Shown here: positions 25,300-34,193 of the stretch, in pieces | Position numbering within the stretch: position 1 is the stretch's first letter | Layout of the letters: every line of letters starts with the position of its first letter | Origin: a virus | Lineage: Duplodnaviria > Caudoviricetes | DNA length: 44,245 nucleotides | Virus record (IMG/VR): IMGVR_UViG_3300034091_000010 | Span: 1-44,245 of that record | Strand: one strand, 5' to 3' | Notes under the pieces: model-generated | The model's database searches: none | What the model was told of the DNA's origin: nothing | Seen by the model: only the letters and a program-made list of their open reading frames with translations | Position numbers and translations under genes: made by a program

Positions 25300-25665
25300 A
25301 TGGAACACGCCCAAGTAGCTGTCACTGTTCTCGATGACGCGCTAATTGACGTAGATGTTGTGGATGCTGTTCTTGCCATGAACGCTATCCCGTACATCGA
25401 AACAATCAGCAGTTGTCAGGGAAATCCGGGACCGATAGATTTTCAAAAAGGAATGTATGGCCATATCGCTTTTAACCATTCTCAAGGATGGAAACCGCTT
25501 GTTGAATTTTGTCTTATTGACCTACGTGCAAAATTCTCGGAATTTATCGACGATGAAATCCGTATTGACATCTTTGCGAATAGTAATCCTTATGCGTGGT
25601 TGAATTTTAGGAATGAAATGCTCTCGCTTGTCACGACACGGCTCAAAGAATTAGCTCATCAATAG
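25300..25665 (+). CDS. hypothetical protein with ETISSCQG motif
   Basis: GGAGG RBS; VD...V.AMN.I..IETISSCQG resembles the T..SC.G phage family distantly similar to the Tyw3 N-terminus. Confidence 0.7.
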   Translation: MEHAQVAVTVLDDALIDVDVVDAVLAMNAIPYIETISSCQGNPGPIDFQKGMYGHIAFNHSQGWKPLVEFCLIDLRAKFSEFIDDEIRIDIFANSNPYAWLNFRNEMLSLVTTRLKELAHQ

Positions 25666-25676
25666 GGAGGCATGAG

Positions 25677-25751
25677 ATGGCAGCATTGAAGACGTATTGT
25701 CCGAATTGCCACTTTGACGCGCACGGAGTAGAATCGAGATGCGCGGCGTAA
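25677..25751 (+). CDS. possible 24-aa CPNC peptide
   Basis: GGGAGG RBS 6 nt upstream; MAALKTYCPNCHFDAHGVESRCAA. Confidence 0.35.
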   Translation: MAALKTYCPNCHFDAHGVESRCAA

Positions 25752-25839
25752 GTCCATGGAAAGCCCGGACGCCCCTAGCGAGGGTATCCTAAGCACGATC
25801 TAAGCGTGTTGGCCCTTGGGTGCCGCACAGGAGGACAGG

Positions 25840-25935
25840 ATGCACGAAATTGTTTGGAATTATTTCGGCTACATTGAAGGCTGTGTCTGGCGGTACAACG
25901 GCCATGTCAGTACCTTTGTGCGACTTTGGGCTTGA
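25840..25935 (+). CDS. 31-aa peptide
   Basis: AGGAGGACAGGATG start context identical to that of the endolysin; MHEIVWNYFGYIEGCVWRYNGHVSTFVRLWA. Confidence 0.45.
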   Translation: MHEIVWNYFGYIEGCVWRYNGHVSTFVRLWA

Positions 25936-25945
25936 GGAGGACAGG

Positions 25946-26482
25946 ATGGCAGATTGGAATATCGCTTACAACTGGATGATGGAATTTGAAGACCCCGCCC
26001 GCGCCTACGCTACGGTGCCGGACCGATGCCCTGCCGGATGCGCGGGGCCATGCTTCGCCATCTCCGGCGTCAACTCCGGAGTGTGGCCGAAAGAGTTTGC
26101 AACTCTCAAATTTCTTCCACAGGAGATGCGCGGTTCCGGTGTCGAGCAGTTCTACTACAAGAATTTCTGGAACGAATGGTACGCGCAGCTTGACTCAGAC
26201 GAAGTGGCAAAGCGGGTCTTTGACATGGCCGTGAATGGCGGACCGGGAACGGCGGTCAAGATTCTACAGACGGCAGCAACGCATGTCAGCATCTTCCATG
26301 ATACTCTTCCGGCGCCTACAATCGATGGAAAATGGGGGCCACAGACAGTTTCATGCGTAAACGGACTGCCGAACGATGAAATCGTCGCCGCTTTTCAGCA
26401 AGCTCGCATCGCCTACTACAAGGCCATACCCGGCGTAGACCCCAAGATACTCGCGGCCTGGATAGCGAGAGCAGAGAAATGA
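25946..26482 (+). CDS. endolysin, glycoside hydrolase family 108
   Basis: AGGAGG RBS at ATG 25946; FYYKNFW, VFDMAVNGGPGTAVKILQ, IDGKWGPQT and W..RA motifs. Confidence 0.85.
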   Translation: MADWNIAYNWMMEFEDPARAYATVPDRCPAGCAGPCFAISGVNSGVWPKEFATLKFLPQEMRGSGVEQFYYKNFWNEWYAQLDSDEVAKRVFDMAVNGGPGTAVKILQTAATHVSIFHDTLPAPTIDGKWGPQTVSCVNGLPNDEIVAAFQQARIAYYKAIPGVDPKILAAWIARAEK

Positions 26483-26486
26483 TACC

Positions 26487-26515
26487 TTGACAAAAGGAAT
26501 ATGTGATAGTATTAG
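26487..26515 (+). promoter_or_regulatory. probable promoter
   Basis: TTGACA 26487-26492; -10 ambiguous (TG-A-TAGTAT or TATTAG). Confidence 0.45.
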
Positions 26516-26521
26516 TCTATC

Positions 26522-26559
26522 GGGAGAGGTGGGCGTGAGCCTGTCTCTCTCTTTTTTTT
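26522..26559 (+). terminator. intrinsic terminator
   Basis: 13-bp stem GGGAGAGGTGGGC-GTGA-GCCTGTCTCTCTC followed by T8. Confidence 0.85.
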
Positions 26560-26570
26560 AGGAGATTAAT

Positions 26571-26780
26571 ATGCCCTCAGAAGAAATTATGAAAAAATTC
26601 CATCGAGGAACGCTTCATAGCGGAAAGAAGGTTAAGGGAAAGAAGCGTAAGATCGTTCGTAATAAGAAACAGGCTAAGGCTATCCTTTTATCGTATCTTC
26701 GGCGCGAAGGAAAAATAGGGTTACGCAAAAAAGGAAAAGGCAAGAAAACCGCACATAAGAGCGTATCAGGAAAGAGGTAA
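26571..26780 (+). CDS. small basic protein ending HKSVSGKR
   Basis: AGGAG RBS; MKKFHRGTLHSGK...V.NKKQAKAI.LS resembles a widespread small basic phage/bacterial family (DUF6496-like). Confidence 0.8.
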   Translation: MPSEEIMKKFHRGTLHSGKKVKGKKRKIVRNKKQAKAILLSYLRREGKIGLRKKGKGKKTAHKSVSGKR

Positions 26781-26784
26781 TCAA

Positions 26785-27054
26785 ATGGCTCAAGATGATG
26801 CGGCACAACCCCTCTTAGATATACGGAATAAACTGATAGACTATGCGCGTAAGGCTAAAGAGTGGGGAGAATCAGGAACTAAGAATTTAGACACCACTTG
26901 GCATGATGAAATGGTGCGCAAGGCGAATGAAAGTTTCCAAAAAGATGCGGAAAAGAAGAAGATTGTCAAGAAACCTGTCCAGAGTGCGGGGACGAGAAAG
27001 AAGCCGACCACAAGCAAACCAATCTATAGGAAACGAGTGGCAGGTAAACAATGA
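26785..27054 (+). CDS. small protein with basic tail ending RKRVAGKQ
   Basis: GAGGT RBS; 89 aa. Confidence 0.75.
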   Translation: MAQDDAAQPLLDIRNKLIDYARKAKEWGESGTKNLDTTWHDEMVRKANESFQKDAEKKKIVKKPVQSAGTRKKPTTSKPIYRKRVAGKQ

Positions 27055-27197
27055 ACGAGATTGAAAGTTGCACACAAGAGTCAATAGGTAAGGGTCGCAA
27101 GAAAGTTGCGGGAGCGCGTAAGATCGCAAGGATGAGGAAAACCACTAGGAGAGAAAAAATCACAAGGAAGTTAAAAGGAAATGGCAAAAAGACGTAA
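27051..27197 (+). CDS. 48-aa basic protein containing RKKVAG (not in ORF track)
   Basis: ATGA overlap; MNEIESCTQESIGKGRKKVAGARKIARMRKTTRREKITRKLKGNGKKT. Confidence 0.65.
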   Translation: MNEIESCTQESIGKGRKKVAGARKIARMRKTTRREKITRKLKGNGKKT

Positions 27198-27474
27198 ATC
27201 TCAGACAACAGATGTAGCGGCACAGACACCTATGCCTAGCGGCGGTAGTAATGGTAATTGGGATGTAGGAATCAGATCAGCCGATAACGGAGCGGTTATT
27301 AACATCAGCCACAATACTGGCGGGAAAAATCCAAAATACGAGTCCAAAACTCTTGTCGCTACTTCTCCCCGTCATGCTTTTCGCATAGCCGCTGCTCATT
27401 TGCCATCATTAGCGAAAAAGGTTGGCAAGAAAAAGGGTGGCAGAGGAAAGAAGTTTGCTCTTAAAAAGAGCTAG
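27181..27474 (+). CDS. small protein with basic tail ending GKKFALKKS
   Basis: 97 aa; IRSADNG..I beta core plus Lys/Gly tail. Confidence 0.75.
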   Translation: MAKRRKSQTTDVAAQTPMPSGGSNGNWDVGIRSADNGAVINISHNTGGKNPKYESKTLVATSPRHAFRIAAAHLPSLAKKVGKKKGGRGKKFALKKS

Positions 27475-27483
27475 AATAGACTC

Positions 27484-28995
27484 ATGCCAAACGGTAGCTA
27501 TTCATGGTTGACCCTCAGTACCGCTATCTCCCAATTAGGGCAGAGGCTTAATATTACTCCGTCCACGACTTCCTTTTGGACAACTGCGGAGCTTCAAACA
27601 ATAATTACGACTTCACTTCGCATTTTTAACAGTTTAACGTGGATGTGGCGGCAGGATTTTAACTATAACTCTTCTATTCTCTGGAACTCTTTAGGATCGC
27701 TTACAGGATCACCAAGGTTAAGAACACTTACAGATACTTACGCCTACACTGAAATGGAGTATATGTTGTTAGAACCGCCCTCTGGTGGAACGTGGTCGGG
27801 GACAAGCCAATTTTCAATCTCTGTACTTTCCCAAGCCCTCCAGCGGCGCAGGGACGAGATGATTCAGATTGGGAATCTTAACCAAGTTCTATCCTCTGGA
27901 ATTTCTCTTATCCCAAACACGATAAGGACTCAACTGCCTGATAATGTTATAGATGTAGAACGAGTTCGTTACCTTCCCGCTTTGGCTTCTCCTACGGGAA
28001 CGGCAATAGCTGGAGTGCAGACAATCAGCGTAAGCAACACCTACGGAATAGCGAACGGACAACTTATTTATGGGACAGGAATAGCCCTGGGAACGACCGT
28101 TACCGGAGTAGGAGTAGGAACGGTCAATATTTCTCTTCCAACGTCAGGAGCGGTTTCGGGAACGCTTACGTTTACGGTTCCTAATACCCTTTACCGAGAC
28201 GATACGATAGCCAATGAGTTTTATGAGGCTCCACTTTATCAACAAAACTCAGGAACGCCACAAACATTTTCTTTGTCATCTGAGCCGCCCTTATCGTGGC
28301 AGGTGGACATTCCTCCAGCGCAAGACGGAACCTACGAGGCAGTTGTATTGCAATCAGGAACGGCCTTTAATCCCCCTACAGCGACCCTTCTAGGCATCCC
28401 TGACGACTTTGCATGGGTATTAGAGTGGGGAGCCTTAGCAGACCTTCTAGGACAGGAATCAGAGGCAACTGACAGAGAAAGATCAGCCTATGCGCTCAAG
28501 AGGTATCAGGACGGCTTACAGTTAATGCTTAAAACTCCGTGGATTGAGTTGGGAAGGGTGAACGGGCAGGCGGTAAGCATAGACAGTATTGTTTCAAGCG
28601 ACAGATATAGTCCTGAGTGGGACTCCAATCCTACTGGCTTTGGGCCTATGATTGTGGCGGGAGGAATGGACTTCCTAGCTGCTCCCGTTTCTTCAAATGT
28701 CGGAGTGACTGTACTTGGGAACGCCCCTGTTCCTTCGGTTGGAACTGATTACTTGCAGGTTTCCAGAAGCGACTGGGAGATCGTTATTTTGATGGCTCAA
28801 TGCAGGTGTTTATTCAAAATGGGTGGACAGGAATGGAAATCTGGATTAGAATTAGAGAAACAGGCGATTCAGATGTGCGCCGCTGAAAATTCCAGACTGA
28901 GAAGCCTTGGAGCCTTCAGTGATGTGTTAGATCAGCGCGGCCAAGCGCAGGAACGGTCGATGAACAGGTACAATGTAAAGGGAGACAAGGGATGA
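27484..28995 (+). CDS. tail adaptor/tubular-like virion protein
   Basis: 503 aa; FWTTAEL...I helix, GTPQTF, IPDDFAWVLEWGALADLL adaptor-like motifs; inserted G/T-rich beta domain. Confidence 0.6.
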   Translation: MPNGSYSWLTLSTAISQLGQRLNITPSTTSFWTTAELQTIITTSLRIFNSLTWMWRQDFNYNSSILWNSLGSLTGSPRLRTLTDTYAYTEMEYMLLEPPSGGTWSGTSQFSISVLSQALQRRRDEMIQIGNLNQVLSSGISLIPNTIRTQLPDNVIDVERVRYLPALASPTGTAIAGVQTISVSNTYGIANGQLIYGTGIALGTTVTGVGVGTVNISLPTSGAVSGTLTFTVPNTLYRDDTIANEFYEAPLYQQNSGTPQTFSLSSEPPLSWQVDIPPAQDGTYEAVVLQSGTAFNPPTATLLGIPDDFAWVLEWGALADLLGQESEATDRERSAYALKRYQDGLQLMLKTPWIELGRVNGQAVSIDSIVSSDRYSPEWDSNPTGFGPMIVAGGMDFLAAPVSSNVGVTVLGNAPVPSVGTDYLQVSRSDWEIVILMAQCRCLFKMGGQEWKSGLELEKQAIQMCAAENSRLRSLGAFSDVLDQRGQAQERSMNRYNVKGDKG

Positions 28996-29132
28996 AACGT
29001 CCTATAGAAGAGATTGCCTTTCTTAGTATGGTTATGGAACGCCTTAAATCCATGCCAGCCGAGGAATATAAATTAGTGAGCGAGAAACTGGAGATTATAG
29101 GGCGTAAAGCAAGAGGAGAGAAGTTGAGGTAG
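28992..29132 (+). CDS. 46-aa hypothetical protein (not in ORF track)
   Basis: GGAG RBS; ATGA overlap; MKRPIEEIAFLSMVMERLKS... Confidence 0.55.
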   Translation: MKRPIEEIAFLSMVMERLKSMPAEEYKLVSEKLEIIGRKARGEKLR

Positions 29133-29184
29133 AATAGAACCATCTCATCGTTTTCCGGGAGAGGCGATGGAGCGCAGGTGAAAA

Positions 29185-32100
29185 ATGGCTCTCGGACCAT
29201 TCGACCACAAAGGGATCGATTTAGTTTCACCCTTGAATCGGATTCGCTCAGGTTTTACCTCACTGAGCGTCAACATCCGGTCCTACTTCAAGGGTGGCGT
29301 CACCTTCCGCAATCTCCTAACAGCGGCCATCTACACACTAGGAGCGGCAGTACACAGTCTCAAAAGGCTCAATGATTTAACGCCCAACGGTCCCCCATCC
29401 GGTTTCTCTATAATCAACGGCGCTTCGACTGTTTTATCCGCTTGGAACTCAACAATAGGTGTAAAGAACGTAGCGACAGGACTAAGTGGGAATCCTGTTT
29501 CTATGGTTCCTTTCCGTCCCAATGCATCCGTACAGCCTTGGATGTATGTTGCGGATTCAGCGGCAGCAGGATCGACTACGCTGCATACTCAGTACCTTGG
29601 TCTAAACAGTTATGGTCCCTCCGGTACTCCGGTAAACTTCGTCTCCAACGGCATGATGAAGGTTTCCTGTAATGACGGGTATACGGGAACTCCTACACCT
29701 ACCGCAGTGTGCTGGAAAATGGGAATCGAGGAGCCTCAGTTAGCTCCAGTTGTGTCTACTCAGAACTCAAGCATCGGGACAACTGGAAGCCTGTTAGCGA
29801 CGGCTATTCCGTGGACGAACTACAATACCGCAAACTCTAGTAACAATTACGGAGAAATTTATGGATTTCCATACACAGGTCCGACGCCACCAGTAGACGG
29901 AACAATATGGTATAACATTAACTGTCTCTATGCGTCATACATAACAATCAATAGTATGACTCCGGTTCTAACTCCATCTGCGCCTGTCATCAACGGAGCT
30001 ACAATCACCACCCAAGCGGAACTTGTAGCAGCTACTAGTGGGCGAGTAGGTTCTGGAAGTCCCGGTTATCCCGGTTATCCGGGGCAATTTATTCAGAATC
30101 TAGGATCAGCAACTCATCCAACTACTGCATCGTATGTCGTTGGAGCATTTGTAGACTCAAGTGGCGCTGTAATGACAACCGCTGAGTATGTATGGGTTGC
30201 TCCTCTATTTATTCCAGCCGTGGTAGATGTAGGTGTTGCGTTAGCTACGAGTACCAATATACCAGTGCCTTACGGAGCGTATGCTTTTCAGGTTGGAATT
30301 AACTCAATTGGAAATACGTTTACGCAGGGAGGAACACCAAATTCAGGTAGCATAAATATCAATTATACGGTGACTACACTTGCGTTACCTCCAGTAACAG
30401 CTACCATAGGAACATTGACGGCATATTATTGGGGAGACTCTCCCACATCAGGACCAGTGGCATCTTATATTTGGAAGAATCCTGGGGATTCTGGTGGTAG
30501 TGGTCCGACGCGATCTATTTCAGATGCGGTAGGAAGCACAACGGGAAATTCGTTTATCTTCGATGCTTCTTTTGGTACAACGGCTAGTCCTTCTTTACCT
30601 CCAGGAATACCCGGACCTCCCGGAATCGACCTAGAAACTGTTGGATCGGACGTTACATACAATCAGATGGAGTGGACTGACCTTAGCCCTGAATCTGTAG
30701 CGGTTGGAAGCAATGCTGTCTTTGCGGCTCCCATCACAACAACATATACAAATAACACGCAATATATAAACTTCAATTTCTGCTTGACGGGGAATATTTA
30801 TTTTCCTTCCGGTGGTCCGGGAGTGTACTACACATTAGTTTTGACATATAAAGATGCGGTAATGTGGGGTATTGGAGGAGGGGTAACCCTAGTACCGGGT
30901 TCAGTGAGCGGAGTCCAATATGTTTACACTACTACTCCACCTGCAACCTTATCTGCAACAAATTCCATGCCTGTAACTATTTCCGATGCAGGACAAACAA
31001 TAACGGTTTCTAGCGGTCTTCCGTTGCTTCCAAGGGTTAAGTCGCCTCACGGAGATGGTGGTCTTATATATTCAGTAACATTGCAAGTAAATCCACCAGC
31101 GGCGGGAATATATCCTATTGAGCTTGACTATGACTTCTGGTATCACTCAGGACGTATCTTACTCTTAATGGCTTCGCCAACAGCAGGAGCATCACCAACT
31201 ATTATTCCTCCGCTTACAGGGGGGTCATCGGGATCGAGCGGACCTTCGATAAGGCAGGAAGTTCAATACCGTTATGTTTATCGTTCAACTGCTACTGGAG
31301 CAGTTTCTAATCCCTCTCCAGAATCGACGGCGCAAGCCATTCCGGTAATGTCGAATACGATCACGTCGTTATGGTCACCAGACCCGCAGGTTGACGTGGT
31401 GGACTACTACCGGATTGACTCTACGGTTTCTACTTTCACTTACGTTAACACAGGACCGAATGATAACTCAGGTAGTGGAACTAACACGCCAGTCACGGAC
31501 TCGCTGCCTGATACGTCGCTTGGAGACAAACTTCTCGAATACGACAATTATGAACCTTTTCCATCAATAGACCTTCCGCAGAAAGGAACATGCTATGTTT
31601 CCGGTGGAGTGATTACATGGGTTTCCGGTGGGGCGATAGGAGGATCGGCTACAGGATTTAATATAAGGTGGCTGGCAGGAACTGAGATTCTTATAGGCTC
31701 TCCTACGTCTCTGGCCTACACGTTCATCGCTAGACCTACATCGGGTACGAGCGTAACGATTCCGGGTGTTCCAGATGGTGGGTCTATCATTGCGCCTATA
31801 GCTTACGAAATACCAGAGCCTATTCTTGCTGCACAGCCTTTGCCGTATCTTTTTGGACCAACTGATAATGTGAATTTTTGCTTTGGTGTAGGTGATCCTT
31901 TGCGCCCCGGTACGCTTTACTGGTGCAAGGGATCGAATTTAGATTCTGCTCCAGATACCAACCAAATGGATGTTACATCGCCCGATGAATCCCTTATAAA
32001 TGGCGCGATTAGCGGTGGACTGGGAGTTCTATTCTCAATTAGGCGTGGATGGCTTATATTGCCAAACTTTTCTACTGCAACGGCAACGGCATTAGGAACC

Positions 32101-32952
32101 ACAGGATCAACTTGGACGTTGCAGGAATCCTCTATAACTAGAGGACTTTATATTCCACGCTGCGTGTGCGTATCAGGCGGAGGAAATATATTCTTTCGTG
32201 TGGATGATGGAATTCATGTTTCGTCTTATGGATCAGCAAGCAAATCTATAACGGACGAAAATTTATATCCCTTATTCGCACATGAGAATTCAGACAATTC
32301 AGGTAATCAGCCACAACCAATAACAAGAAACGGAGTAACGATTTATCCTCCAGACGATACGCTCCCAAATCTTCAAAGATTCTCAATCCAAGGGGCTTAT
32401 ATTTACTATGACTATAAGGGTACGGATGGCTTGTTCCATACGCTAGTATTTGACGAAGCTGCGATGGGTTGGGTTATTGACGCTTATACTCCATCAGCAA
32501 CAATTCATGCTTCCAATGAAGGTCAAAGCCAACAGGGAGTATTGGTAGGTTGCAGCGATGGGTCAGTACGTCAATTATCAAGTGGGGGAACGGAAACGAT
32601 TACTGGAATAGTAGCAACACCCGCCTTCGGTGGACGAGGATATATGCACTGCGGACAGGCTGTGGTCGAATATTCCTCAACTAGCACCGTTACTCTTACT
32701 TTCTATGTAGCAGATGAAGGGAATGGTTCTTATGCGCCTCAACCTGGAACATTGCCAAGTACGGGCGGACAGTTGACAAAGTATTTTTTCAGACCATCGG
32801 CTGCTAAGTGGAAGTTGTTGGTTGCGCAGTTCTCCAGTTCTGTGCCATTTGTTATGAACTTTGCCGGAGCAATATTTTACCTCAAGGCGTGGGGTAGCAC
32901 ATCAGAATATTCTCCAGTTCCGATCTTTGGAGGAGCAGGAGGAGAGGGATGA
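29185..32952 (+). CDS. large tail nozzle/hub-like protein with inserted beta domains
   Basis: 1255 aa, beta-rich; YRYVYRS...SNPSP, LYWCK and propeller-like repeats; follows the adaptor as in podoviral tails. Confidence 0.6.
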   Translation: MALGPFDHKGIDLVSPLNRIRSGFTSLSVNIRSYFKGGVTFRNLLTAAIYTLGAAVHSLKRLNDLTPNGPPSGFSIINGASTVLSAWNSTIGVKNVATGLSGNPVSMVPFRPNASVQPWMYVADSAAAGSTTLHTQYLGLNSYGPSGTPVNFVSNGMMKVSCNDGYTGTPTPTAVCWKMGIEEPQLAPVVSTQNSSIGTTGSLLATAIPWTNYNTANSSNNYGEIYGFPYTGPTPPVDGTIWYNINCLYASYITINSMTPVLTPSAPVINGATITTQAELVAATSGRVGSGSPGYPGYPGQFIQNLGSATHPTTASYVVGAFVDSSGAVMTTAEYVWVAPLFIPAVVDVGVALATSTNIPVPYGAYAFQVGINSIGNTFTQGGTPNSGSININYTVTTLALPPVTATIGTLTAYYWGDSPTSGPVASYIWKNPGDSGGSGPTRSISDAVGSTTGNSFIFDASFGTTASPSLPPGIPGPPGIDLETVGSDVTYNQMEWTDLSPESVAVGSNAVFAAPITTTYTNNTQYINFNFCLTGNIYFPSGGPGVYYTLVLTYKDAVMWGIGGGVTLVPGSVSGVQYVYTTTPPATLSATNSMPVTISDAGQTITVSSGLPLLPRVKSPHGDGGLIYSVTLQVNPPAAGIYPIELDYDFWYHSGRILLLMASPTAGASPTIIPPLTGGSSGSSGPSIRQEVQYRYVYRSTATGAVSNPSPESTAQAIPVMSNTITSLWSPDPQVDVVDYYRIDSTVSTFTYVNTGPNDNSGSGTNTPVTDSLPDTSLGDKLLEYDNYEPFPSIDLPQKGTCYVSGGVITWVSGGAIGGSATGFNIRWLAGTEILIGSPTSLAYTFIARPTSGTSVTIPGVPDGGSIIAPIAYEIPEPILAAQPLPYLFGPTDNVNFCFGVGDPLRPGTLYWCKGSNLDSAPDTNQMDVTSPDESLINGAISGGLGVLFSIRRGWLILPNFSTATATALGTTGSTWTLQESSITRGLYIPRCVCVSGGGNIFFRVDDGIHVSSYGSASKSITDENLYPLFAHENSDNSGNQPQPITRNGVTIYPPDDTLPNLQRFSIQGAYIYYDYKGTDGLFHTLVFDEAAMGWVIDAYTPSATIHASNEGQSQQGVLVGCSDGSVRQLSSGGTETITGIVATPAFGGRGYMHCGQAVVEYSSTSTVTLTFYVADEGNGSYAPQPGTLPSTGGQLTKYFFRPSAAKWKLLVAQFSSSVPFVMNFAGAIFYLKAWGSTSEYSPVPIFGGAGGEG

Positions 32953-33062
32953 AGAATCCGGTCACGCCACGTCGCTGTACACGCTGCGGAGCGATAGGCC
33001 ACCAGCCACATCCAAATGGTTATTGCCAAATGTGTAATAAGTGGAAGCAGAAAGGTAAGTAA
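32949..33062 (+). CDS. 37-aa zinc-finger peptide (not in ORF track)
   Basis: GGAG RBS; ATGA overlap; CTRC...CQMC. Confidence 0.55.
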   Translation: MKNPVTPRRCTRCGAIGHQPHPNGYCQMCNKWKQKGK

Positions 33063-34061
33063 ATGGCTATATCGCGTTTCCCATTTGAAGCTCAGATCAC
33101 AGCTATGCCACCTGAGCATCAGTATGTAATTCGTAACTTATGGAACGCGGTAGCGGACGTGCAGAACGCTATACCTATATTGAAATCACAAATCGGAGGT
33201 AAAACAACTTCGTCAACTACATCGTCTACTTCCAGCGGGAGCGGAGGAGGAACGGAAACGATTATTTTAGGAACAAACACTGCTGGAGTAACGTCATTCA
33301 ATAATTTAACAGGCGCAGTAACTTATATGCCACAACTAGGATTTGTGAATCTACAAACCGGAGTCACTTCATATACAGTACAGCAGAGTGACGGAGGAGG
33401 AGAGATTGTATTAAACGATGCTTCTCCTATCGCGGTGACGCTAAATAATGCGGTCATACAAGTTCCTTGGTTTAGCATAATTTCTAATCAAGGAAGCGGC
33501 ACGGCAACAATAACGCCAACACTGGGTACGATCAATGGCCTAGCATCCCTTACTCTACCGGGAGGAAGTTGGGTAACAATATTTTTTGATGGGACAAATT
33601 GGTGGGCAGATTCTCCGGGAGGGACGGTAGGTGGCGTAACGAAGATTGTTGCTGGGACAAACGTTACCATTTCGCCAGTTGGCGGCACAGGGGCAGTGAC
33701 GGTTAATACGACTGCAACCGGCAGCGCCCCAGCCATGACTTCCAATGCTAACGGAAGGGCTGCAACCTACAGTAACGGCTATGTCCATGAGTGGGGGTTG
33801 GCTGGACCGGCAACAACAGGAGTAGCTAGGACCACGGTTGCAGTGACGTTTCCGGTGGCGTTTGCGGGGGTTCCTGTCGTGAATTGCAGCGCAGCGGAAA
33901 ATCCAGACAGCTACGGAACGGCAGTTTTTCCGTGCTATCCGACGAATATCACAGTAAGCGGATTCACCGCCAATCTTGCGTGCGGCGTGACCATAGGAGG
34001 CGGTGGTCCATCGAACATCGTAAATAACGTGTATGTAAATTGGATGGCCGACTATTACTAG
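33063..34061 (+). CDS. tail fibre/needle-like protein
   Basis: GVTSFNNLTGAVT and GVTKIVAGTNVTIS fibre motifs; C-terminal EWG...VTFPVAF..P.V...WMA domain typical of tail fibre tips. Confidence 0.7.
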   Translation: MAISRFPFEAQITAMPPEHQYVIRNLWNAVADVQNAIPILKSQIGGKTTSSTTSSTSSGSGGGTETIILGTNTAGVTSFNNLTGAVTYMPQLGFVNLQTGVTSYTVQQSDGGGEIVLNDASPIAVTLNNAVIQVPWFSIISNQGSGTATITPTLGTINGLASLTLPGGSWVTIFFDGTNWWADSPGGTVGGVTKIVAGTNVTISPVGGTGAVTVNTTATGSAPAMTSNANGRAATYSNGYVHEWGLAGPATTGVARTTVAVTFPVAFAGVPVVNCSAAENPDSYGTAVFPCYPTNITVSGFTANLACGVTIGGGGPSNIVNNVYVNWMADYY

Positions 34062-34076
34062 GACGGGGGAAAAGAG

Positions 34077-34110
34077 TTGCACTATTTGGAAGTTGAGGTA
34101 TAATGTGCAA
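34077..34110 (+). promoter_or_regulatory. promoter of the ejection-protein operon flanked by an inverted repeat
   Basis: TTGCAC-16 nt-TATAAT, immediately followed by GTGCAA (reverse complement of the -35). Confidence 0.6.
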
Positions 34111-34193
34111 GTAGAGAAATACATGAGTAGGGCCGACCGGGAGCAGCCGTACTCGTTTCGCAACGACTATCTAAGTCGTTAGGAATGAGGAAT

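Noticed and set aside
25820-25945. 42-aa N-terminal extension of the endolysin given by the ORF track
   Set aside because: A strong RBS precedes ATG 25946, and a separate RBS-led mini-ORF occupies the extension in another frame.
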